DNA from: an uncultured candidatus Porisulfidus sp.
Lineage (GTDB): Bacteria > Pseudomonadota > Gammaproteobacteria > Poriferisulfidales > Poriferisulfidaceae
Direction: 5' to 3'
DNA length: 64,000 bases
Assembly: GCA_965204575.1 (NCBI GenBank)
Contig: OZ241993.1
Location: forward strand, 384,001 to 448,000
The stretch's first letter is position 1. The number at the start of each line of letters is the position of its first letter. The notes below the pieces were generated by a model. It had not been told where the DNA came from and ran no database searches. It saw only the letters and a list, made by a program, of their open reading frames with translations. Position numbers and translations under genes: made by a program. Positions 29,625 to 40,366 of this stretch are shown here, piece after piece.

Positions 29625-30149
29625 CTATCGGAAGCCATCCAAAACGGCAATGACGTCCTGGGCATGCCCTCTTACGGGCACCGTCCTCCAGATGTGGCGG
29701 ATGATGCCTTCCGGGTCGATCAGGAAGGTCTGGCGCTTGGCGTACGACATGCCCAGCATCCCGCTGTGCGCACCGTAGCGCTCGGCGACCCTTCCTTCCG
29801 GGTCCGATAGTAGCGTGAACGGCAGGCTGTATTTGTCGATGAATTTCTGGTGGTTGTTCGCGTTGTCTATGCTGATTCCGACCACCTTGGCATTCCGCTC
29901 GTGGAACGGCGCGATCTCGTCCCGAAATGCGCAGGCTTCCATGATGCAGCCCGGCGTATTGTCTTTCGGGTAGAAGTACAGCACCAGCCACTGCCCGTAA
30001 TAATCCGAAAGATGGTGGGGCGCCTTGTTCTCATCGGTCAAGGTGAAGCCGGGAGCCGGCATGCCTACGTCCAAGGATACGGGGCTTGGCGGTGTGCTCA
30101 ACCCCAGCATCGCCAGGCTCCGGCGGAATCCCGACAGGAAGTCGCTCAT
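29625..30149 (-). CDS. bcp: BCP/PrxQ peroxiredoxin
   Basis: YFYPKDNTPGCIMEACAFRD. Confidence 0.92.
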   Translation of the reverse strand: MSDFLSGFRRSLAMLGLSTPPSPVSLDVGMPAPGFTLTDENKAPHHLSDYYGQWLVLYFYPKDNTPGCIMEACAFRDEIAPFHERNAKVVGISIDNANNHQKFIDKYSLPFTLLSDPEGRVAERYGAHSGMLGMSYAKRQTFLIDPEGIIRHIWRTVPVRGHAQDVIAVLDGFR

Positions 30150-30222
30150 TGGGGCACCTTCCCCATCCGTCCCGCCACACGGCAACGCGGCTGCCGGAAA
30201 TTTTCGAGCCGGAAGCGAGAGA

Positions 30223-31623
30223 TCACGGTGCGGCAATATCCCCGCCGGTCTGGAACCAGCGGAGCTGTTCGCGCAAGCGGACGACCTCGCCGACCACGAT
30301 GAGGGTGGGCGGTTCAACATTCTGTGATTGCACCAGTTGCGGGAGATCCTCCAGAGTGCCGGTGAGCACCCGCTGCTCCGGAGTGGTGCCCCGGGTAATC
30401 AGCGCAGCCGGAGTGCCGGCGTCCAAGCCGTGCTGCACCAACTGCCTGCAGATTTCCGGGCAGCCAGCCAAGCCCATGTAGAACACCAGCGTCTGGCGCG
30501 GGTGCGCCAGCATGTCCCAGTTAAGGTCGACGCTCCCGTCCTTGAGGTGTCCGGTCACGAAAATGCAGGCCTGCGCGTAATCGCGGTGGGTCAGTGGAAT
30601 GCCCGCGTAACTGGCACAACCGTTGGCAGCGGTGATGCCGGGGACAATCTGGAACGCGATGCCTTCTTCCATCAAGGTCGCGATTTCCTCGCCCCCGCGA
30701 CCGAACACCAGCGGGTCGCCCCCCTTCAGGCGCAGGACCCGCTTGCCTTCCCGGGCAAGACGAACCAGCAGGGCGTTGATCGATTCCTGCTCGATCGTGT
30801 GCTGGGCGCGCTCCTTGCCTGCGTAGATCTTCTCGATGTCTTTCCGCAGCAGGGCCATGATCGGATCCGACACCAGCCGATCGTAAACCACCACGTCGGC
30901 CTGCTGGATGAGACGCAGCGCGCGAAACGTCAGGAGATCCGGGTCGCCAGGCCCCGCGCCGACCAGGTAGACTTCCCCGGTGCCCGGCACCTGTCCGCGC
31001 TCCAATTCCTGCCTCAGGGTTTCGTCCGCTTCCGCCTCGCGACCGTCCAGCACCTGCTCGGCAATTGGCCCGGTCAGGACCGCTTCCCAGAAGCGGCGGC
31101 GCAACCGGCGTTCGGGGAATTTCTCCCGCGCTGCGCCCCGGAACCTCTCGACCAGTGCCGCCAGTCTCCCGAACGCGCCGGGAATGCGGCTTTCCAAGTG
31201 GTTTCGCAACAGCCGCCCGAGCACCGGCGAAGCGCCGTCGGTGCAGATCGCGACCTGAATCGGGTCCCGGTGAATCACCGACGGCAGCAGCACGTCCCCG
31301 GCATCGGCTTTATGGGCGGCATTGACCAAGAGACCCCGCCCCCGTGCTTCCTCTGCGATCCTGTCGTTCAGCGCCGCATCGCTGCTGGCAACCACAACCA
31401 GGAAGACCCCCTCCAGGTCCTCTTCCTGGAAGTCCCGGGCCTGATAATCGATGCGGCCCGCCTCGGCATGGTCGCGCACCGAGTCGACGGCTTCGGGGGC
31501 GACCACCCGGACCGGCGCACCCGCGCGCACCAGTGCTTCGATCTTCCGCGCAGCGACCGGTCCCGCTCCGACCACCAGGCAACGGCGATCCGCAACATTG
31601 GCGAACAGGGCGAGCGAAGCCAT
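30223..31623 (-). CDS. cysG: Siroheme synthase
   Basis: VVGAG.VAARK; GAGPGDPDLLT, RLKGGDP..FGRGGEE. Confidence 0.96.
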   Translation of the reverse strand: MASLALFANVADRRCLVVGAGPVAARKIEALVRAGAPVRVVAPEAVDSVRDHAEAGRIDYQARDFQEEDLEGVFLVVVASSDAALNDRIAEEARGRGLLVNAAHKADAGDVLLPSVIHRDPIQVAICTDGASPVLGRLLRNHLESRIPGAFGRLAALVERFRGAAREKFPERRLRRRFWEAVLTGPIAEQVLDGREAEADETLRQELERGQVPGTGEVYLVGAGPGDPDLLTFRALRLIQQADVVVYDRLVSDPIMALLRKDIEKIYAGKERAQHTIEQESINALLVRLAREGKRVLRLKGGDPLVFGRGGEEIATLMEEGIAFQIVPGITAANGCASYAGIPLTHRDYAQACIFVTGHLKDGSVDLNWDMLAHPRQTLVFYMGLAGCPEICRQLVQHGLDAGTPAALITRGTTPEQRVLTGTLEDLPQLVQSQNVEPPTLIVVGEVVRLREQLRWFQTGGDIAAP

Positions 31624-31690
31624 ATCTTCTTATGATGGAGTTGGAGTAAAATTAGTCTTATTATCAACCTAAAAAGAATCTTTTGAAGCC

Positions 31691-31765
31691 ATGTTTCGAT
31701 TGATCGCGGTCCTGATCGGCCTTGCCATCCTTGCCTCGGCCATCTACTTTGCGCTGGTCGGCTAG
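31691..31765 (+). CDS. 24-aa single-TM peptide (putative)
   Basis: Manual translation MFRLIAVLIGLAILASAIYFALVG*, followed by a hairpin. Confidence 0.45.
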   Translation: MFRLIAVLIGLAILASAIYFALVG

Positions 31766-31794
31766 AAGCCGAAACAACAGGACACGCAAAGTAG

Positions 31795-31829
31795 GCGGGC
31801 ATCACCTGCTTGAGGTGATGTCCGCTTTA
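31795..31829 (+). terminator. Hairpin, probable intrinsic terminator
   Basis: GCGGGCATCACCT-GCTTG-AGGTGATGTCCGC then TTT. Confidence 0.55.
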
Positions 31830-31933
31830 CACATTCTGCTTGAACCCTAAAATCATTGTTTCATTAAGAATGGGACGAAACTCTCCTACGGTTTCTGTCG
31901 TGCCCATGCCATTCTCGAACGCAGGAGAACAGC

Positions 31934-33418
31934 ATGACTGCACGAAAAATTCGAGACGCAGAAACACCACCCACCTCGACAGAAGAAACCGGAACATTTG
32001 GGGGCCTTCAAATGGAGCCCGAACTCATGCGGGATCTTGCGCAAAAGGCGGCAGAGCTTGTAGTGGAATGGATGGAAGAGATGCCCAAGCAGAATGCCTG
32101 GGATGGAGAGTTCAAGAAGGAGCTTGAAGATCGATTGATGGAGGACGCGCCGGAGGAAGGAAGACCTGCGACGGAAATCCTCGAACAGGTCGCGCACGAC
32201 ATTCTTCCCGTTGCGGCACGGCATGCGCACCCCCGGTTTTTTGCGTTTATCCCGTCGTCTCCCACATGGCCCGGAGTGCTGGCCGATTTCATGGCGGCGG
32301 GATACAACATCAATTCGGCGACCTGGCTGACCGCAAGCGGACCAAGCCAGATCGAACTGACGGTCATCGACTGGTTCCGGCGCTGGCTGGGTTACCCGAA
32401 TAGTGCCGGCGGGCTTCTCACAAGCGGGGGGTCGGCGGCCAGCCTGGATGCTCTCGTTGCGGCACGGGAAGCCGCGGGCAACCCCGAGCGGGGAGTCGTG
32501 TATATGAGCGATCAGAGCCATACCGTGCAGGTCCGAGCGGCAAAGATCGTGGGCGTGCGACCGGAACACATACGCATGATTCCATGCGATGAGTGCTTCC
32601 GCATCGATATGAAGGCTCTGGTCCGTGCCGTAGCCGAAGACCGTGCTGCGGGGCTCAACCCTATTGCCGTGTGCGCCAATGCGGGAACCTCCAGTACCGG
32701 GGCGGTCGACCCGCTTGAGGCCATGGCGGACTTCTGCGAGAAACAGGGCATTTGGTTGCACGTGGATGCCGCCTACGGAGGTTTTGCGGTCGTGACCCAG
32801 AAAGGAAAGAAACTATTGCGTGGAATCGAACGTGCGGATTCGGTTGTGCTGGATGCCCACAAGTGGTTTTTCCAGCCGTATGAAGCGGGCGGCCTCTTGG
32901 TCAAGGACATCCGTACTCTTGAGCATGCATTCACAATCCACCACGATGTTCTCCAGGACACGCTTTGGGGCGCGGATCACCCGAATTTTTCTGATTACGG
33001 CCTGCAGCTGAGCCGTTCGTTCAGAGCCTTGAAAATCTGGATGTCCGTCCAGACCTTCGGTCTGGCGGCATTCCGGAAGGCGGTATCAAAAGGAATGGAA
33101 CTGGCCAGCCGGGCGGGCGAATATGTCGAAGAAAACAAGAATTTCGATCTCCTGGGCCCGGTAACCCTGAGTGTCGTCTGTTTTCGGATTAATCCCGCTG
33201 AGGCTCATCTCGACGAGGAGGCTTTAGAAGCAATCAACCGGGCCGTGCTGGCTCGCATCTTCTGGGACAACCGTGCACTCATGTCGTCGACAACGCTTGG
33301 AAAGACCTTTTCGCTCAGGCTTTGCATCCTGAACCACACGACCGCCTGGAGCGATGTGCGTGAAACCTTGGAAGCAATTGAACGGTTCGGGGAAGAAGCG
33401 TTGGAGGCCCAAAAATAA
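31934..33418 (+). CDS. PLP-dependent group II decarboxylase (aromatic-L-amino-acid decarboxylase-like)
   Basis: HPRFFAFIP, SGGS, GTSSTGAVD, HVDAAYGG, DAHKW, QLSR.FRALK. Confidence 0.9.
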   Translation: MTARKIRDAETPPTSTEETGTFGGLQMEPELMRDLAQKAAELVVEWMEEMPKQNAWDGEFKKELEDRLMEDAPEEGRPATEILEQVAHDILPVAARHAHPRFFAFIPSSPTWPGVLADFMAAGYNINSATWLTASGPSQIELTVIDWFRRWLGYPNSAGGLLTSGGSAASLDALVAAREAAGNPERGVVYMSDQSHTVQVRAAKIVGVRPEHIRMIPCDECFRIDMKALVRAVAEDRAAGLNPIAVCANAGTSSTGAVDPLEAMADFCEKQGIWLHVDAAYGGFAVVTQKGKKLLRGIERADSVVLDAHKWFFQPYEAGGLLVKDIRTLEHAFTIHHDVLQDTLWGADHPNFSDYGLQLSRSFRALKIWMSVQTFGLAAFRKAVSKGMELASRAGEYVEENKNFDLLGPVTLSVVCFRINPAEAHLDEEALEAINRAVLARIFWDNRALMSSTTLGKTFSLRLCILNHTTAWSDVRETLEAIERFGEEALEAQK

Positions 33419-34340
33419 TGGACTGATATGAAATCTTACAGAAGGCTGATATGAACGATATGGCGAGAACCATTCTTCCTTATAGCAGTTTGATTTTGGC
33501 CTTCTGATTATAGTTCTATCAGCGAACAGGCGGTGCAGAAAATATAGCCCCCTCTCGATATGAAGAACGATGTGATTCTTGTTCTTCCTTTATGTGTTCT
33601 TCCTCAATAATGTCATGCGTGACATCCTCATGGCGTGAATTAAACAAAAAAATGCCCGCAAGCAACACTACAAACATGACTATAACCCACATCGGATAAG
33701 ACGGCCTTGATGATGATTCAGAATCTGGTGTCTCTGCGCCGTGCACAGAGCGGGGCGCACTGTATATGTATAGGGACTGAGGTGTGGTTACAGGTTCAGA
33801 ATTATCAACTTTAACAGCCTTATCCTTGACATTGACAGAATGCCATATCCTTTTCTTTTTGCCATGCTTCCAAGCCCTAGGGTCGTAAGCAGTTTTGTCT
33901 CTCCACATTCCTTTCTTGTTGAAATAGGCAAAAGCTTCATCTTCCCAGTACTGTTCCCCAAAGGCAGAAATTGCCCATCCTTCTCTGACCATAAATTGAT
34001 TTATGTTCTTACCCCCATAAAACACAGTCCCAATTTTCCTTCCAAATTTATCCTCTCCATGAACCATTACCTCTACACGCTTGTTACCTATTTTCTTGCA
34101 CAACATTCTTTTTACGACTTCACCTTGCGGGTACTCCGTACCATCCCAACGCACCGCTATCTGGTCGCTTTCCGGCGCATCTAACCCGGCCAGCCTTATG
34201 CGCTCTCCATTTACCGATATATCATCGGCATCGACAACCCAACACTTGCCACGAATGGTATAGGTTGAGTCCGTCTCCCTTGCCCTAGCCATTCAAATCC
34301 CGCACAAATCCTGAAAAAAAGCCTTCTGTAAGATTGTCCC
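33419..34340. mobile_element. Non-autonomous TIR cassette carrying a thermonuclease gene
   Basis: Perfect 16-bp IR AATCTTACAGAAGGCT(33432)/AGCCTTCTGTAAGATT(34320); TSD AAAAATAA (33411, 34341); low GC. Confidence 0.8.
33519..34292 (-). CDS. Thermonuclease (SNase) family protein with a C-terminal TM segment
   Basis: VVDADDI, RIRLAGLDAPE, DKFGR, INQFMVREGWA, KGMW. Confidence 0.9.
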   Translation of the reverse strand: MARARETDSTYTIRGKCWVVDADDISVNGERIRLAGLDAPESDQIAVRWDGTEYPQGEVVKRMLCKKIGNKRVEVMVHGEDKFGRKIGTVFYGGKNINQFMVREGWAISAFGEQYWEDEAFAYFNKKGMWRDKTAYDPRAWKHGKKKRIWHSVNVKDKAVKVDNSEPVTTPQSLYIYSAPRSVHGAETPDSESSSRPSYPMWVIVMFVVLLAGIFLFNSRHEDVTHDIIEEEHIKEEQESHRSSYREGAIFSAPPVR

Positions 34341-34373
34341 AAAAATAACTCTGATATTCGTTGACCCGCTCCA

Positions 34374-35801
34374 TCAGTTGGAGCAACCCAGGACCACCTT
34401 GACTTCGAGGAACTCCTCTAGACCGTATCGCCCCGCCTCACGGCCGTTGCCGGACTGTTTATACCCCCCGAACGGTGCTTCGCTGGATGGTTGCGCTCCA
34501 TTGAGGTAAACGTTGCCGGTCCGAATGCGACGGGCTATGGCCTGCGCATGCTCAAGATTGCCCGAGGAGATATAGCCAGACAACCCGTATACCGTGTCGT
34601 TCGCAATCCGCACGGCATCCTCCTCGTCCGCATAACCGATCAGAGAGAGCACCGGACCGAAAATTTCCTGCCGTGCAATCTTCATTTCATTGTTCACGCG
34701 GGAGAACACCGTCGGCTTCACATAGTAGCCAACATTCAGGCCGTCCGGGCGACCGATGCCGCCCGTCACCAACTCGGCACCTTCGTCTATGCCAGCCTGA
34801 ATCAAGCCCTGAACCCGGTCGAACTGCGATTCGGAAACAACGGGACCCATCGTTGTGCCCGCGGCATTGGGATCCCCCACCTTCACTCCTTCTGCCGCTT
34901 CCCTGGCAATCGCCGCCGCTTCCTCCATGCGCGATTCAGGCACCAGCATCCGCGACGGAGCAATGCAGGACTGGCCCGAGTTCGTGCACAACCAAGAGAC
35001 ATCGCGTGGAATCGCTTCCCGGAAATCCGCGTCGTCGAGCAGAATATTGGCGGACTTGCCGCCCAACTCTTGTGCGACCCGCTTGACGGTCTGCGCCGCA
35101 TTGCGCGCAACCTCGATGCCCGCTCGCGTCGAGCCGGTGAATGAAACCATGTCGATGTCGGGGTGCGAGGCAAGGGCCGCACCGACCGTGGGGCCTTCGC
35201 CGTTCACGAGGTTGAACACCCCTGGCGGGACCCCTGCGGCATCCAGGATTTCGGCGAACAGAATTGCGTTGAACGGGGCAATTTCGGAAGGTTTCAAGAT
35301 CATCGTGCAGCCCGCCGCCAGTGCCGGCGCGACCTTGCAGGCGATCTGGTTCATGGGCCAATTCCACGGAGTGATAAACCCGCAAACTCCAACAGGTTCG
35401 CGCATGATGCGGGAAGAACCCAAGCCTTCCTCGAATTTGAATTCACGCAAAACGTCAAGCGTTGTGATCAGGTGGTCCAATCCCATGGGGACTTGGGCCG
35501 AATGCGCGAGATTGATCGGCGCACCCATTTCTTCGCTGATCGTTGCCGCAATCTCATCGGAACGAGCCTTGTAGTGATCGATGATGTTTCCCAACAATTC
35601 AACCCGCTCCTTCCGCGAGGTCCGCGAATAGGAATCAAAGGCGGATTTTGCTGCAGCGACGGCTTTGTCGACATCTTCTGGGTTCCCCATCGCCACGGAA
35701 CCGATAATTTCCTCTGTCGCAGGATTAATGACTTCCAGGGCCTGATTTGCCAGGGACTCGACCCATTCACCATTGATATAAAACTGGGTCCGGTTCTTCA
35801 T
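34374..35801 (-). CDS. Aldehyde dehydrogenase
   Basis: TPWNWP, KPSE, FTGS, ELGGKS, GQSC, EIFGP, PFGGYKQSG. Confidence 0.95.
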   Translation of the reverse strand: MKNRTQFYINGEWVESLANQALEVINPATEEIIGSVAMGNPEDVDKAVAAAKSAFDSYSRTSRKERVELLGNIIDHYKARSDEIAATISEEMGAPINLAHSAQVPMGLDHLITTLDVLREFKFEEGLGSSRIMREPVGVCGFITPWNWPMNQIACKVAPALAAGCTMILKPSEIAPFNAILFAEILDAAGVPPGVFNLVNGEGPTVGAALASHPDIDMVSFTGSTRAGIEVARNAAQTVKRVAQELGGKSANILLDDADFREAIPRDVSWLCTNSGQSCIAPSRMLVPESRMEEAAAIAREAAEGVKVGDPNAAGTTMGPVVSESQFDRVQGLIQAGIDEGAELVTGGIGRPDGLNVGYYVKPTVFSRVNNEMKIARQEIFGPVLSLIGYADEEDAVRIANDTVYGLSGYISSGNLEHAQAIARRIRTGNVYLNGAQPSSEAPFGGYKQSGNGREAGRYGLEEFLEVKVVLGCSN

Positions 35802-35989
35802 CAGAGTTTCTCCGTTTTATGCAGAAGACTTCGCAAGTTGCATAAGGTAAACGAGCATACAAAATTCTACAGGACATTTAGCCCCGATTTATCAGAATCG
35901 CTCTTTCAAATTAAAAGCAGAAGCTGTGTCCCTCAGGGTCAGGGTCGAATCCCTAAGGTGAAGCGCGGCGCGGCTGGATCAACCTCTGC

Positions 35990-37066
35990 TCACTTGAGCA
36001 GCCAAGCGTTGAATCGTTCGTTCAATTCGTCGATCCGGTCCGCCCAGAACTCCTTGTCGTTCCAGACTGCGTTGCGAATGTTGTCCGGCGCGGTCGGCAT
36101 GAGCGGGCGCATGTCCAGCCCCGGGTCGGCATGATAGGCGCCGATCATCGCAGACGCGGAGCGGCGCACCGGCGCGTAGGAGATCCACGAGGCCTGCACC
36201 GCCATGTTCTCCGGTGCAGAAACGAATGCCAGGAAATCCAAGGCCAGTTCCAAGTCCGGCGTATCCTTCACGATCGCCCAACTGTTGACCGTCAGCACCT
36301 GTGCGTCCCAGACCACCTCCAGCGACTGTCCTTCCGCTACGGCTGCGTTGAAGATGCGTCCGTTGTAGGCGGTACTCATCACCACCTCGCCATCCACCAG
36401 CAGTTGCGGAGGCTGCGCCCCGGACTCCCACCATACGACGTGCTCCTTGATGGTGTCCAGTTTGGCGAATGCGCGGTCCACCCCCTCCGGCGTCTGCAAC
36501 ACCTCGTAGACTTTTTCCGGCGATACGCCATCGGCAACCAGCGCCATCTCCAGGTTGGCCTTGGGAACCTTGCGCATGCTGCGTCGCCCGGGAAACTTCT
36601 CTAGATCGAAAAAATCGCCGATCGTGGCCGGCGCAGGCGACAACCGGTCCCGGTCGTAGGCGAACACCGTCGACCACACGATGGTGCCGACCGCACAGTC
36701 GCTGATCGTGCCATCGTAAAAGTCCTCTGCGGCCGGGGTGCCATCTGGCGCCGACGGCAGGATGGCGGGGTCGATCTCCTCGTGCAGCCCTTCGTCACAA
36801 CCCAGCAACACTTCAGCGGCCTGGGAATCCACGACGTCCCAAGTCACCTGGCCGGCCTGGACCTGCGCCTTGATTTCGGCAAGCCCACCGTTGTAGTCCT
36901 CGGACAGGATGCGGTGTCCGGTCTTGGCCATCCACGGCTTGTGATAGGCCTCGACCTGGCTCTGAGTGTAGGCGCCCCCGAAGGAAACCACGGTCAGTTC
37001 GCCCGCCAACGCGGTGCCTGTTACGAGGCCTAGAACCGCAACATAAGGAAACAGACGGGGTTTCAT
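35990..37066 (-). CDS. Polyamine-type substrate-binding protein 3
   Basis: Paralogous to the two SBPs at 22.8-25.0 kb. Confidence 0.9.
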   Translation of the reverse strand: MKPRLFPYVAVLGLVTGTALAGELTVVSFGGAYTQSQVEAYHKPWMAKTGHRILSEDYNGGLAEIKAQVQAGQVTWDVVDSQAAEVLLGCDEGLHEEIDPAILPSAPDGTPAAEDFYDGTISDCAVGTIVWSTVFAYDRDRLSPAPATIGDFFDLEKFPGRRSMRKVPKANLEMALVADGVSPEKVYEVLQTPEGVDRAFAKLDTIKEHVVWWESGAQPPQLLVDGEVVMSTAYNGRIFNAAVAEGQSLEVVWDAQVLTVNSWAIVKDTPDLELALDFLAFVSAPENMAVQASWISYAPVRRSASAMIGAYHADPGLDMRPLMPTAPDNIRNAVWNDKEFWADRIDELNERFNAWLLK

Positions 37067-37092
37067 GATGACATCACAGGCATTGCGCAACC

Positions 37093-37566
37093 TTATGGCG
37101 AAGTCCGGCGAAGACTCAGGAAAATAAGCACAACGACTCCTATGGTAATGGCCGAATCGGCTAGGTTGAAGGTCGGCCAGTGCCAACCGCGGTAATGCAG
37201 CACGATAAAGTCCGTTACCGCGCCCGTGGATAGACGGTCGACCAAGTTGCCAGCCGCACCGCCCAAGATTAACGCAAGCGGCCACAGCAACCGCCGTTCC
37301 TCGGAGGTCAGGCGATGAATCCACACGCCCAGCCAAGTCATGATCGCGATGCTGACCACCGACAGGAATCCACGCTGCCAGCCCCCGGCATCGTGCAAAA
37401 GGCTGAACGCGGCCCCCGTGTTGTAGGTGAGTTGCAGGGACAGGAAGGGAAGCAGCACTAATTCCTGATGCAGCGCAAAAGCACGTTCAATCAATAACTT
37501 ACTCAGCTGATCCAGCACCAGCACTCCGCCCGCCACCGGAAGTGCCAAGCGCCACGAATCAGACAT
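37093..37566 (-). CDS. lspA: Signal peptidase II
   Basis: NTGAAFS, GNLVDR, FNLAD. Confidence 0.96.
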   Translation of the reverse strand: MSDSWRLALPVAGGVLVLDQLSKLLIERAFALHQELVLLPFLSLQLTYNTGAAFSLLHDAGGWQRGFLSVVSIAIMTWLGVWIHRLTSEERRLLWPLALILGGAAGNLVDRLSTGAVTDFIVLHYRGWHWPTFNLADSAITIGVVVLIFLSLRRTSP

Positions 37567-40366
37567 ATTGCCGTTCCTCGCCTTCTCCTTCTATATTGGT
37601 GAGGCAGCGCGCGCACAACTCCGGATGGCCGTCGAGGCTGCCGACCGTCGGGTCATGGTGCCAGCACCGGACGCATTTGGAATGCGGACTGGGAACGGCC
37701 GCGACACGCAGCGTGCCGGCCCGGGGCATTTGATGGGTTTGCGCGTCGGGGGCGGGGGTGTCGCCCAGTCGTGCGTCGGAGGTGATGAACAGGAAGTGCA
37801 GTTCCGGCCCGAGTTTCTCCAGCAACTCGGCCGCCTCAGGTTCCGCGGTCAGCACTACCTCGGCATCCAGTGCGGCCCCGATCACATCGGCCTGACGCAT
37901 GGGCTCCAGCGTCTGGCTGACCGCCTGGCGGACTTCTAGGAGGGTCTCCCAGTCCTCGTCGGAAAATTCGGAGGAAACGTCACGGTAGGCTTCGAGATCA
38001 AACCATTCGGTGAGGTGCACCGAATCCTCGCGCGGCCCCGGGAGATGTTCGTAGATCTCGTCGGCGGTGAACGGGCAGATCGGCGCAAGCCAGCGGCACA
38101 TCGCTTCGGCCAGAAGGAACATGGCGCTCTGCGCGCTGCGCCGAGCCGGGTGGTTGGCCGAGAGCGTGTAGGTGCGATCCTTGGTCACGTCGAGATACAG
38201 GCTGCCGAGCTCATTGACGCAGAACGTGTGCAGGCGCTGGCAGATGGTGTGGAACCGGTAGCACTGGAAATCCTCGCGGATCGCCGCATCATGGGCGGCG
38301 GCTTTCTTCAGGATCCACTGGTCCAGGGCCAGCATGTCCGCCGGTGCGCACAAGTCGACGGCAGGGTCAAAATCGTGCAGGCTCGCCAGCAGGTAGCGCG
38401 CGGTGTTCCGGATCCGGCGATAGGTCTCGGCGGTATGCCCCAGGATCTCATCCGATACCGCCAGTTCGCCACTGGTATCGGTGGAGGCTACCCACAGGCG
38501 CAGGATGTCCGCACCCAGGCTATCCACGATCTTCTGGGGTTTAACAATGTTTCCGCGCGACTTGGACATCTTGTGGCCATGCGCGTCAACGACAAAACCG
38601 TGCGTCAGGACCTGCCGGTACGGCGGCGCATCGTTCAGCGCCACACCGGTCAACAGCGAGGACTGGAACCAGCCGCGATGCTGGTCCGACCCTTCCAGGT
38701 AAAGATCGACTTGCGTGCCCTCGCCGTACTCTTCGGCCATCACGGTGCGGTGGGTCACTCCGGAATCGAACCAGACGTCCAGGGTGTCTTGCGACTTCGC
38801 GTACTCGGATGCCTGATCGCCCAGCAATTCTTCCGGTTCCAGGTCGAACCACGCATCGATGCCATCCTGCTCGATGCGGCGCGCCACCTCTTCGAGCAAT
38901 GCCGGCGTGTCCGGATGCAGCTCGCCGTTGTCATGGCGCCAGAACAACGGGATGGGCGAACCCCAGTTGCGTTGCCGACTGATGCACCAGTCCGGGCGCC
39001 CCGTCAGCATCCCGCGAATGCGCTCCCGGCCCCAAGCCGGGTACCAGGCCACTTGATCCGTGGCGGCCAAGGCATGGTCGCGCAAGTCGTGCGTGTCCAT
39101 GTCGATGAACCACTGCGCGGCGGCGCGATACAACAAGGGCGTGTGATGCCGCCAGCAGTGCGGATAGCTGTGCGAATACTTGGCCTCCGCCAACAGCCGC
39201 CCAGACTGTCCTAATACTTCAAGGATGCGCGGGTTGGCCTCGGCCACGCCGAGACCGCCGACTTCCGGCGTATCGGCGCGGAAGCGTCCATCCTCTTCCA
39301 CCGGGCAGTCCACCGGCAAGCCGAACCGGAGCCCGACCGCATGGTCTTCCGGCCCGTGCGCGGGTGCCGTATGCACGCAGCCCGTGCCTTCTTCGGCGGT
39401 GACGTGCTCCCCGGTGATGATCGGCACGGTCTTGTCCAGAAACGGATGCTGGAGGGGAATGCCTTCCAGCCGGTCTCCGCGAACCGAAGCCCCCTTGATT
39501 GCATCGGCGCCGACCCGCTCGCAGAAAACCTCGCGAAGGGCTGCGGCCACCAGCAGCCGGCGCCCTTCCCGTTCGACCAGCACATACTCGAGCTCCGGAT
39601 GCAGGCAGACCGCTTCGTTGGCCAACAGGGTCCAGGGGGTGGTCGTCCAGATCGCCACCGAGACCTCGAAATCCCCTGATATATCAAAGGCCTGTACCAG
39701 TGCCGAATCGGCCGCGTCGAAGCAGACGTCGATCGACGGAGAAACATGATCCTTGTATTCGACTTCGGCCTCGGCCAGGGCCGAACGGCAATCAGCGCAC
39801 CAGTACACGGGTTTGTAACCCCGCGTCAGATAACCGGACTCCAGCAGCTTGCCCAATGCCCGCACGATGCCGGCCTCGGTCTTGGGCGCCATGGTCAGGT
39901 AGGGATCGTCCCACTGCCCCAGCACACCTAGTCGGACGAAATCCTGACGCTGTTCGTCCACTTGCTGGGTTGCATAGTTGCGGCAGGCAAGCCGGAATCT
40001 GCGGCCATCCGCCTGCTCCTTATCCGACAAAGTTTTTTCGATCTGCAACTCGATCGGGAGACCGTGGCAGTCCCAGCCCGGGCGGTACGGGGCGTCCAAA
40101 CCGTCCAGGCTCCGAGAACGCACCACGATGTCCTTTAGCGTCTTGTTCACCGCGTGGCCCATGTGGAGCTTGCCGTTGGCGTACGGCGGGCCGTCGTGCA
40201 GGACGAAGCGGTCCCGGCCCCGCCGGGCATCTCTCAGACGGCCGTAGAGGTCCAGTTCCTGCCACCGTTGCAGTCGCTCGGGTTCGCGTTTCGCGAGATT
40301 CCCGCGCATCGGGAAATCGGTGCGCGGCAGGTTCAGCGTATCGCGGTACGGGTTAGGTGGAGCCAT
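37559..40366 (-). CDS. ileS: Isoleucine-tRNA ligase
   Basis: [27 protein letters not shown]-terminal zinc finger. Confidence 0.98.
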   Translation of the reverse strand: MAPPNPYRDTLNLPRTDFPMRGNLAKREPERLQRWQELDLYGRLRDARRGRDRFVLHDGPPYANGKLHMGHAVNKTLKDIVVRSRSLDGLDAPYRPGWDCHGLPIELQIEKTLSDKEQADGRRFRLACRNYATQQVDEQRQDFVRLGVLGQWDDPYLTMAPKTEAGIVRALGKLLESGYLTRGYKPVYWCADCRSALAEAEVEYKDHVSPSIDVCFDAADSALVQAFDISGDFEVSVAIWTTTPWTLLANEAVCLHPELEYVLVEREGRRLLVAAALREVFCERVGADAIKGASVRGDRLEGIPLQHPFLDKTVPIITGEHVTAEEGTGCVHTAPAHGPEDHAVGLRFGLPVDCPVEEDGRFRADTPEVGGLGVAEANPRILEVLGQSGRLLAEAKYSHSYPHCWRHHTPLLYRAAAQWFIDMDTHDLRDHALAATDQVAWYPAWGRERIRGMLTGRPDWCISRQRNWGSPIPLFWRHDNGELHPDTPALLEEVARRIEQDGIDAWFDLEPEELLGDQASEYAKSQDTLDVWFDSGVTHRTVMAEEYGEGTQVDLYLEGSDQHRGWFQSSLLTGVALNDAPPYRQVLTHGFVVDAHGHKMSKSRGNIVKPQKIVDSLGADILRLWVASTDTSGELAVSDEILGHTAETYRRIRNTARYLLASLHDFDPAVDLCAPADMLALDQWILKKAAAHDAAIREDFQCYRFHTICQRLHTFCVNELGSLYLDVTKDRTYTLSANHPARRSAQSAMFLLAEAMCRWLAPICPFTADEIYEHLPGPREDSVHLTEWFDLEAYRDVSSEFSDEDWETLLEVRQAVSQTLEPMRQADVIGAALDAEVVLTAEPEAAELLEKLGPELHFLFITSDARLGDTPAPDAQTHQMPRAGTLRVAAVPSPHSKCVRCWHHDPTVGSLDGHPELCARCLTNIEGEGEERQYV

